Positions 1 to 7,444 of a DNA stretch of 64,000 nt are shown here, piece by piece; within the stretch, counting starts at the first letter, position 1, and the number at the start of each line of letters is the position of its first letter. The DNA is from an uncultured bacterium (GTDB taxonomy: Bacteria; Hydrothermota; UBA3073; NMUJ01; CBEVQO01): NCBI GenBank assembly GCA_965552055.1, contig CBEVQO010000003.1:64001-128000 (forward strand). Reading direction: 5' to 3'. The position numbers and the translations under genes were made by a program. Under the pieces are notes generated by a model. It was not told the origin of the DNA and did no database searches. It worked only from the letters and a program-made list of their open reading frames with translations.

Positions 1-1
1 T

Positions 2-67
2 ATCTGGGATTGGAGAGAACGCATTAAGTTTGAATACGAAGAGATTCTCAAAATAAAAACGAGATGA
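2..67 (+). CDS. 3' end of a gene truncated by the window edge, probably a glycosyltransferase
   Basis: Frame reads IWDWRERIKFEYEEILKIKTR*. Its stop overlaps the next start (ATGA). W...YEE tail resembles GT4 C-termini; polysaccharide context. Confidence 0.45.
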   Translation: MWDWRERIKFEYEEILKIKTR

Positions 68-1365
68 AAGCATTGGCTTATTTTCTGTTGATTTCTTTAT
101 GCATTGAAACTCTTCCCGTAAAAGTAATGGGTGCAAGTGTCGTTCCTTTAACTACCTTTACTTGTATGATTTTATTTCCATTTGTGTTAGTATTAAATTG
201 CAAAAGGCATACTTTTACTCCTGTTTTTCAGAATTTATATTTGTTTTTAAATTATTCGTTATTGCAATCTTTAATAATGTTATTGTTGAGAATGAATTTT
301 TTCTTTGAATCCTCTCAGAGTTTGTTTATTTTTCTGAGGCAATTGCTTTCTCTATTTGCTGGATTTACGGTTTATTTTGTTATGAAAGGAGTACTCGTAA
401 ATTTGAAGGAAGAAGAGATTTTTAAAAGCATGTTGATAGGTTCTGCCTTTGCGATTTTTATTAGTTTAATAAATATCTGGTGGGGATTATCCGGTAGTGA
501 ACTGGCTCGCTGGATAGTTATGACGGTTCGAGGAAGTATAATAGGTATGGGTCGCAATAGACCCTTGAGATGCAGTGGACTTTCGCTGGAGCCAGCCGGA
601 TTTGGCTATTATTTAATTTCCATAACAATACCAAGCATACTCTATTTAATAAAGACAAAGAAAAAGAATATCTTTTATGTTTTTTATTTTATAATTTGCA
701 TGATTGTATTTATTTTTACATTTAGCACTACTGCTTATTTATGTAGTTTTATTTTCTTTTTCTTGAGTTGTTTTTATCCGACTTTTAGAAGAATCGGAAT
801 AAGTGTAATGTGGTTACTCATTTTGGCATTAGGTCTTGCATGTATTCTTATTCCAAATAATTATTTTATTAAGCAAATAAGCTTACTCTTTGCAGGAGAG
901 TTCAATTACTCTTTTTTAACCCGCTTTTACAGTACATTTGGTCCTATAATTAGTTTTTTACAAAACAAGAATATGTTTATGGTATTTGGCTATGGGCTTG
1001 GGGGAAGTGTTTTCCATATTGAAGAAATAATACCTGTGGAGAGTGCGGTAAAAGCGATAGAATTTACTTCTCCAGCAGGCTTGCCTAACTTGAAGACTTT
1101 ATGGGGAAGAATATTGAGTGAAAATGGCATTATTGGTCTAATTTTTTATTTGCTGGTTGTGATTATGAGTATCAAATATGTGAAGCCTTCTTCTCGTGAT
1201 TTTCCTTTAGTTGAAATAATAAAAATATCCTTATTAACAGTGACATTTGCTCAGGCGCTTTCCTACGGTTCTTTTGCGACTCCTTATTTTTGGTTATGGT
1301 TAGCAATGCTTGATTCACTTTACATTAAAAAGAAAGAATTAAAAAATCGGTTGACAAAGCGATAA
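64..1365 (+). CDS. O-antigen/polysaccharide polymerase or ligase-like membrane protein (Wzy/WaaL-like)
   Basis: 433 aa with many hydrophobic segments; R..GLSLEP, FGYGLG and E.GIIG motifs; glycosyltransferase neighbours. Confidence 0.65.
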   Translation: MKALAYFLLISLCIETLPVKVMGASVVPLTTFTCMILFPFVLVLNCKRHTFTPVFQNLYLFLNYSLLQSLIMLLLRMNFFFESSQSLFIFLRQLLSLFAGFTVYFVMKGVLVNLKEEEIFKSMLIGSAFAIFISLINIWWGLSGSELARWIVMTVRGSIIGMGRNRPLRCSGLSLEPAGFGYYLISITIPSILYLIKTKKKNIFYVFYFIICMIVFIFTFSTTAYLCSFIFFFLSCFYPTFRRIGISVMWLLILALGLACILIPNNYFIKQISLLFAGEFNYSFLTRFYSTFGPIISFLQNKNMFMVFGYGLGGSVFHIEEIIPVESAVKAIEFTSPAGLPNLKTLWGRILSENGIIGLIFYLLVVIMSIKYVKPSSRDFPLVEIIKISLLTVTFAQALSYGSFATPYFWLWLAMLDSLYIKKKELKNRLTKR

Positions 1366-1377
1366 AAAAATTAATAT
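1351..1377 (+). promoter_or_regulatory. Putative promoter TTGACA-N15-TAATAT
   Basis: Motif read directly; followed by TT-ATG-ATG as at other promoters in this window. Confidence 0.5.
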
Positions 1378-1445
1378 TTATGATGCTGAAGATTGAAAAA
1401 ATTGCGAAAATGCAAAATAGAAAGGATTAACAGAGGGATTAGAAG

Positions 1446-2108
1446 GTGAAGAATGATCTAAATAAAATTATTTCACCGGGGACATTTTTTTCCAGGATTT
1501 TTTATAGCAAGATTACTCGCTTTTTAGTGCCAATCTTAGCGAAAGCGAAGTTTACTCCGAATCAGGTTACTGTTATTAGTTTGATGCTGGGCTTATTTTC
1601 TGGTTACATTTTTACAAAAGGCACACACTTATTTTTGATTATAGGTGCAATTATTCTTCAAATATCTTACATTTTTGACTATGCCGATGGTCAATTAGCC
1701 AGATATCTTGGTAAGAGTTCATTTTTTGGTGCGTGGTTTGATTCTATAACCGATAGGATAGTTGAATTTGCCGTAATTTTTGGTTTATGTGCAGGGCATT
1801 ATTCACAGGTTCACAAAATCTATATCTGGAAACTTGGATTTGGAACTTTTGGGACTGTTTTTCTTTATAATTATGTAATGGATACTTTTATCCCTGAAAG
1901 GCTAAAGAAGAAAACAGGCAATGCAGAATATACTTTAAGTTTTTCTGAGAGATTCAAATTTGCTACTGGAAGAGATATTGTTTTACTGGTGATAACATTG
2001 GGTGCGCTATTTAATGTCATTCCTGTTGCTTTCTGGGTGCTGATTGCTGGGGTCACTTCTTACTGGATATTCAGGGTTTGTGAATTCTGGAGAAAAAGCA
2101 AGCAATGA
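1446..2108 (+). CDS. CDP-alcohol phosphatidyltransferase family protein
   Basis: TPNQVT and D.ADGQLAR....S..GA..D...D signature. Confidence 0.9.
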   Translation: MKNDLNKIISPGTFFSRIFYSKITRFLVPILAKAKFTPNQVTVISLMLGLFSGYIFTKGTHLFLIIGAIILQISYIFDYADGQLARYLGKSSFFGAWFDSITDRIVEFAVIFGLCAGHYSQVHKIYIWKLGFGTFGTVFLYNYVMDTFIPERLKKKTGNAEYTLSFSERFKFATGRDIVLLVITLGALFNVIPVAFWVLIAGVTSYWIFRVCEFWRKSKQ

Positions 2109-3292
2109 GGATATTGTTTTTAACTCCGAGATTCCTTTTACCGCCAGACCGCGGTGATAAAATTCGTCCACTTTATTTCGCTAAAAGTATAAAAGGTAAT
2201 AAAAGGAAATTGTATTTGATAAGTTTAGTTGATAAACAAATTGATGCTGATTTAATAAATGAATGTAAGGAAGTTTTTACCGAAATATTTTTATTTAAAC
2301 GGGAGAAATTTTTAACTCCAAGACTTTTACTTTACCCTTATCCAGTTCAGTTAGATTTTTTTAAATCAAATAAGTTATTTTCTAAAATTAAAGAAATACT
2401 CGAAGAAATATCTCCACATATAGTTTATATTTATCATTTGCGTATGGCACAATATATTTTACAAATAAAGAGGTGCAATTTTTACACTATAATGGATTTC
2501 GCAGATTGTATCACAATGTTTTTAAGCCGTATGAAAATGCATTCAAAAAACTTTTATAAAGTTTTTTTAAATTTAGAAATACCGCGGGTAAGAAGCTACG
2601 AAAAATATCTTGCAGATAAATTCGATGAAAGCTGGTTTACATCTTCCATTGATTTGAATTTTATGCAAAGATTTGCAAAAGTTAAAAATCCGCAAATCAT
2701 TCCAAATGGTGTGGATACGCAATATTTTTTTGTTTCACAAAAGGATTATAATGAAAAAAATATAATTTTCGTTGGATATATGAGTATTGAAAGTGTGCAT
2801 GCGGTTTTGTATTTTTATAATAGGATTTTCCCTTTAATAAAGAGTGAGATACCCGATGTAAAATTTTACATTGTAGGTGCCAATCCTCCTCCCTGCATTC
2901 GCAATCTTGCTTCTAAAGATGTTATTGTAACTGGATTTGTACCTGATTTGCGTCCATATTATCTTAAAGCGAGAGTTATGGTAGCGCCTTTGCATTTTGT
3001 TGTTGGAATTCAAAATAAAATATTAGAAGCTATGGCAATGAAAGTGCCTGTTGTATGCACACCTGAGGCTAACGAGGGAATATTCGCGAATGATAGCAAA
3101 GAAGTTTTTGTCGAAAAAGATGATGAAAAGTTTGCAAAAAGGGTGATTGAATTACTGAAAGATGAAGAACTTTGTAAAAAAATAGGTGAAAATGCCCGAA
3201 AATTTGTAGAAAAAAATTTTTCATGGAACAAAGTATTGGACAGAATTCAACAAATTGAAAGGAAGATAAAATGTTACAATATAAGTGCTTGA
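2105..3292 (+). CDS. Glycosyltransferase family 4
   Basis: IPNGVD, GFVPDL, KILEAMAM.VPVV and FSW motifs. Confidence 0.9.
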   Translation: MRILFLTPRFLLPPDRGDKIRPLYFAKSIKGNKRKLYLISLVDKQIDADLINECKEVFTEIFLFKREKFLTPRLLLYPYPVQLDFFKSNKLFSKIKEILEEISPHIVYIYHLRMAQYILQIKRCNFYTIMDFADCITMFLSRMKMHSKNFYKVFLNLEIPRVRSYEKYLADKFDESWFTSSIDLNFMQRFAKVKNPQIIPNGVDTQYFFVSQKDYNEKNIIFVGYMSIESVHAVLYFYNRIFPLIKSEIPDVKFYIVGANPPPCIRNLASKDVIVTGFVPDLRPYYLKARVMVAPLHFVVGIQNKILEAMAMKVPVVCTPEANEGIFANDSKEVFVEKDDEKFAKRVIELLKDEELCKKIGENARKFVEKNFSWNKVLDRIQQIERKIKCYNISA

Positions 3293-3315
3293 CAATTTTA
3301 TAATATGGATAAAAT
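3289..3315 (+). promoter_or_regulatory. Putative promoter TTGACA-N15-TAAAAT with short SD-containing leader
   Basis: Motif read directly; AGGGGG SD and ATG at 3329 follow. Confidence 0.6.
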
Positions 3316-3328
3316 GATAGGGGGTAAG

Positions 3329-4429
3329 ATGGCAAAATATAAAATTGCATGGCTACCTGGAGACGGTATCGGTAAAGATGTGCTGGATGCTGCTCGCATT
3401 GTACTTGATGCTGTGAAGTTTGATGCAGAATATATTCATGGTGATATCGGATGGGAATTCTGGAAAAATGAAGGAAATCCATTGCCCGATAGGACAATTG
3501 AAATGATGAAAAATACAGATGCTGCAATGTTTGGTGCAATTACTTCGAAACCGGAAGACGAAGCACAAAAAGAACTTGCTCCTCATCTGCAAGGGAAAGG
3601 ATTAAAATACAGGAGTCCAATTGTTAGATTAAGGCAATTATTTGACCTTTACATTTGTCTGAGACCTGCAAAAGCAATCCCGGGTAATCCCTTAAATTTT
3701 AAGGAAAACATTGACCTCATAATTTTCAGGGAAAATACGGAAGACCTTTATTTTGGTGCAGAGTTATATCCACCTTTGCCTGATGAATTTTTGAAAATTG
3801 AAGGTCTTGAGAAGATACCCAGAGATGCGGCTGTTTCTATGAAAGTGATAACTCCCAGAGGAAGCGAAAGAATAATAAGAGCTGCTTTTGAGTATGCACG
3901 CAAACATGGTAGAAAGAAAGTAACAGCAGTCCATAAAGCAAATGTTGTTCGTGCTGCCGATGGTTTATTCTTGCAAACTGCGAAAAAGATAGCAGAAGAA
4001 TACCCAGACATTGAATTTGACCACGCAAATGTTGACTCATTTTGCATGTGGGTTATAAAAAATCCAGAGAGATTCGATGTAATTGTTGCACCAAATTTAT
4101 ATGGCGATATAATTTCTGACCTTTGCACGCAAATGGTAGGAGGTCTTGGTTTCGCTGCATCCGGCAATATCGGCGATAATTATGCTGTTTTCGAACCTGT
4201 CCATGGTTCAGCTCCTAAATACGCTGGTCAATACAAGGTGAATCCAACGGCTGCGATTTTAGCAGCAAAAATGATGTTAGAATGGCTCGGAGAAATAGAA
4301 AAGGCACAAAAAATAGAAAAAGCTGTGCATGAGGTTATAAAAGAAGGTAAAGTAAGGACTTATGACCTTGGTGGTCAAAATTCAACCCTTGAGATGGCAG
4401 AAGCCATAGCAAAAAAGTGTGAAATTTAA
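3329..4429 (+). CDS. Isocitrate/isopropylmalate (beta-decarboxylating) dehydrogenase family protein
   Basis: LPGDGIG, RENTED.Y, VHKANV, NLYGDIISDL and EPVHGSAPKYAG motifs. Start moved to 3329 because of the SD. Confidence 0.92.
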   Translation: MAKYKIAWLPGDGIGKDVLDAARIVLDAVKFDAEYIHGDIGWEFWKNEGNPLPDRTIEMMKNTDAAMFGAITSKPEDEAQKELAPHLQGKGLKYRSPIVRLRQLFDLYICLRPAKAIPGNPLNFKENIDLIIFRENTEDLYFGAELYPPLPDEFLKIEGLEKIPRDAAVSMKVITPRGSERIIRAAFEYARKHGRKKVTAVHKANVVRAADGLFLQTAKKIAEEYPDIEFDHANVDSFCMWVIKNPERFDVIVAPNLYGDIISDLCTQMVGGLGFAASGNIGDNYAVFEPVHGSAPKYAGQYKVNPTAAILAAKMMLEWLGEIEKAQKIEKAVHEVIKEGKVRTYDLGGQNSTLEMAEAIAKKCEI

Positions 4430-4440
4430 AGGGGGGTGCA

Positions 4441-5331
4441 ATGAAAAAGTCAACATTACTTAAAAAGATGATTTATGAGAGAAAGGGTCTCGTTGTTCCT
4501 GGTGCCTATGACTGTGTTAGTGCAAAGCTAATAGAGAGAGCGGGTTTTAAAGCGCTTCAGGTGAGTGGATTTGGGCTTGCAGCTTGTTATCTTGGAAAGC
4601 CCGATGTCGGACTTTTGACATTTACGGAAATGCTGAATTTCACGAAAAACATAGTTGATGCAGTTGATATTCCTGTAATGGCAGATGGAGATACAGGTTT
4701 TGGAAATGCATTGAATGCTATGCGAACGACAGAGGAATTCATAAAAGCGGGATGTGCCGGGATGAATATTGAAGACCAGGTGTTTCCAAAAAGATGTGGA
4801 CACCTTGAAGGCAAACAGATAATTCCTATGGAAGAAATGGTATTGAAAATAGAAGCATGTGTTGAAGTTAAGAAGAAGTTAGACCCCGACTTTGTGATAA
4901 ATGCAAGGACAGATGCGATAGCAGTTGCAGGTATTGATGAGGCAATAAAAAGAGGCAACGCTTATGCGAAAGCAGGAGCAGATTTAATTTTTGTTGAAGC
5001 ACCAAGGACAAAAGAAGAGATTGAGAGAGCAGTAAAAGAAATTGATGCTCCTGTGAGTATAAATCTTTTTGATGCAGTTAAAGGTGGTAAAACTCCGCTT
5101 GTTGCAATAGAATGGCTTCGTGAGATAGGTGTTGCAAGGATTTCAATCCCTGTTGGACCTTTATTTGCAGCGATTAAAGGATTGCAGAATTATCTTGATG
5201 CGATAAAAGGAGATAGATTGGCAGAAGGAAGGACAGACCTTGTGTGCGATTTCGATTGGTTTAAAGAATTCATAGGATTTACAGAATATAGAAAATTAGA
5301 AAAGAAATTCTTACCAAAGTTCGTGGAATAG
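4441..5331 (+). CDS. Isocitrate lyase/PEP mutase superfamily C-C lyase (2-methylisocitrate lyase or 2,3-dimethylmalate lyase-like)
   Basis: PGAYD, DGDTGFG, IEDQVFPKRCGH, NARTDA and AGADLIFVE motifs. Confidence 0.9.
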   Translation: MKKSTLLKKMIYERKGLVVPGAYDCVSAKLIERAGFKALQVSGFGLAACYLGKPDVGLLTFTEMLNFTKNIVDAVDIPVMADGDTGFGNALNAMRTTEEFIKAGCAGMNIEDQVFPKRCGHLEGKQIIPMEEMVLKIEACVEVKKKLDPDFVINARTDAIAVAGIDEAIKRGNAYAKAGADLIFVEAPRTKEEIERAVKEIDAPVSINLFDAVKGGKTPLVAIEWLREIGVARISIPVGPLFAAIKGLQNYLDAIKGDRLAEGRTDLVCDFDWFKEFIGFTEYRKLEKKFLPKFVE

Positions 5332-5340
5332 GAGGATGAT

Positions 5341-5673
5341 ATGGTAGTGGGCTTGCCTAAAGAATTAATGGATGCACTGGGAGATAGGGGTTCGCAGGCG
5401 TTGGCAGAAGAGAATTTTGAAAGGAGATTGTCAGAAGAAATGGCAAAAGTTAATAAGAGGATAACGGAAGAAGTTGCGAAAGTTAATAAGAGGATAACAG
5501 AAGAAACAGCGAAATTGGATAAAAGGATAACAGAAGAAGTATCAAAAGTATATGTTCATATTAGCAATGTATTTTCGAGGTTATTAAGGTGGATGTTCGC
5601 TTTCTGGGCTACCACATTTGTTACACTCATTGGCTTCCTTATCGCTTTATTATCTGTTTTGAAGGGGGGATAA
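5341..5673 (+). CDS. Small coiled-coil protein with C-terminal membrane anchor (DUF1640/CCDC90-like)
   Basis: 11-residue repeats EE.AKVNKRIT, then LLRWMFAFW and a TM helix; GGAGG SD. Confidence 0.7.
   Translation: MVVGLPKELMDALGDRGSQALAEENFERRLSEEMAKVNKRITEEVAKVNKRITEETAKLDKRITEEVSKVYVHISNVFSRLLRWMFAFWATTFVTLIGFLIALLSVLKGG
5434..5550 (+). repeat. 33-bp tandem coding repeat (~3.5 copies)
   Basis: gaagaa...aagaggataac units start at 5434, 5467, 5500 and 5533. Confidence 0.85.
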
Positions 5674-5674
5674 G

Positions 5675-6931
5675 ATGGGGATGACAATTGCAGAAAAAAT
5701 TCTTGCAAAAAAGTCAGGTAAAGACAAAGTTAAAGCAGGTGAAATAGTTACTGCAAAAGTAGATGTGGCAATGTCCCACGAAAATTCACGAATGGTAAAA
5801 CTCAGTTTCGAAAAAATCGGTGTAAAAAAAGTATGGGACCCCGAAAAAATCGTTATAATTTTCGACCACAGAGTACCAGCAGAATCAGAAAAAACTGCAA
5901 ATTTACATAAAGAAATGAGAGAATTTGTAAAAGAACAGGGAATAAAGTACTTTTACGATATAAATGTTGGAATTTGTCACCAGGTACTCGCAGAAAAAGG
6001 TTTTTCACGCCCTGGAATATTGCTCGTGGGAACAGACTCTCACACAACTACAGCAGGTGCTTTTGGAGCTTTTGCAACGGGTATAGGTGCTACTGAGATG
6101 GCAGCAGTATGGGCAACAGGAGAAATATGGCTGAGAGTGCCGGAAACCATCAAGATAACAGTAAAAGGCAAATTGCAAAAAGGAGTTTACGCAAAAGATT
6201 TGATACTCTACATAATAGGCAAACTCAGAGCAGATGGTGCAAATTATAAAGCTGTAGAATTCTATGGAGATACGATAGAAAATTTATCAATAGCTTCTCG
6301 CATGGTTTTATCGAATTTGTCAATGGAAATGGGAGCGAAAACCGCATTTGTTCCGCCAGACGAAAAGACACTCAAGTATGTGAAAGAAAGGAGTAAATTT
6401 TCTTATGAAGTTGTGCACGCTGACCCCGATGCTGAATATTGCGAAGAAATAGAGATAAATGCAGAAGAAATTGAACCTCAAGTTGCATGTCCTCACAATG
6501 TTGATAATGTAAAACCTGTAAAGGAAGTTGAAGGAGTAAAAGTTCATCAGGCAGTGATAGGTTCCTGTACGAATGGAAGATTGGAAGACCTTGAAGAGGC
6601 AGCAAAAATTTTAAAAGGCAGAAAAGTTCATAAAGAAGTAAGATTACTCGTGATTCCTGCATCGTGGGAGATTTATCTGGAAGCTATGAGGAAAGGTATA
6701 CTTGAGACACTGGTAGAGGCTGGTGCTGTGATTATAAATCCTGGATGCGGACCCTGTCTTGGTGCGCACGAAGGTGTGCTCGCAGCAGGCGAAACCGCAA
6801 TCTCCTCTACTAACCGCAATTTCCAGGGAAGGATGGGAAGCGCAGATTCCTTTGTATACCTTGCATCACCTGCAACGGTAGCAGCATCAGCAATCGAAGG
6901 AGTAATAACAGACCCAAGAAAATACTTATAG
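5675..6931 (+). CDS. leuC: 3-isopropylmalate dehydratase/homoaconitase family large subunit
   Basis: DHRVPA, GICHQ, DSHT, GSCTNGR, PGCGPCLG and STNRNF.GRMG motifs. Family is certain, substrate is not. Confidence 0.9.
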   Translation: MGMTIAEKILAKKSGKDKVKAGEIVTAKVDVAMSHENSRMVKLSFEKIGVKKVWDPEKIVIIFDHRVPAESEKTANLHKEMREFVKEQGIKYFYDINVGICHQVLAEKGFSRPGILLVGTDSHTTTAGAFGAFATGIGATEMAAVWATGEIWLRVPETIKITVKGKLQKGVYAKDLILYIIGKLRADGANYKAVEFYGDTIENLSIASRMVLSNLSMEMGAKTAFVPPDEKTLKYVKERSKFSYEVVHADPDAEYCEEIEINAEEIEPQVACPHNVDNVKPVKEVEGVKVHQAVIGSCTNGRLEDLEEAAKILKGRKVHKEVRLLVIPASWEIYLEAMRKGILETLVEAGAVIINPGCGPCLGAHEGVLAAGETAISSTNRNFQGRMGSADSFVYLASPATVAASAIEGVITDPRKYL

Positions 6932-6940
6932 GAGGGGAAA

Positions 6941-7441
6941 ATGGAGGTCATCAAAGGAAAAGTTTGGAAATTTGGAGATAATATAAACACAGATGTAATT
7001 TATCCCGGGAGATATATGAAGATAACGGACCCAGAGGAAACAGCGAAACACTGTTTTGAAACTGTGTATCCTGAATTTATGAAAGAAGCAAAGCCCGGTG
7101 ATATCATAGTTGCCGGTAAATACTTTGGATGTGGTTCATCAAGGGAACAGGCAGTAACCTGTCTTAAATATTTTGGAGTGGGAGCTGTTGTTGCCGAATC
7201 TTTTGCCCGCATATACTACAGAAACGCAATAAATGTGGGCTTACCAATAGTAGTATGTCTGGGGATAACGAAAAAAGTAGAAAAGGGCGATATCATTGAG
7301 ATAAATCTTGAAAAAGGTGAGATAAAAAATGAGAGAACAGGTGAAATCATAAAATTCGAGCCATTACCAGATTTTGTGCTTCAAATATTTAAAGCAGGCG
7401 GATTAATCCCTTACATACGCAAAAAGTTGGGAATAGAGTAA
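6941..7441 (+). CDS. leuD: 3-isopropylmalate dehydratase/homoaconitase family small subunit
   Basis: GDNINTD.IYP, FGCGSSRE.A and SFARIYYRNAIN.GL motifs. Confidence 0.9.
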   Translation: MEVIKGKVWKFGDNINTDVIYPGRYMKITDPEETAKHCFETVYPEFMKEAKPGDIIVAGKYFGCGSSREQAVTCLKYFGVGAVVAESFARIYYRNAINVGLPIVVCLGITKKVEKGDIIEINLEKGEIKNERTGEIIKFEPLPDFVLQIFKAGGLIPYIRKKLGIE

Positions 7442-7444
7442 TAA

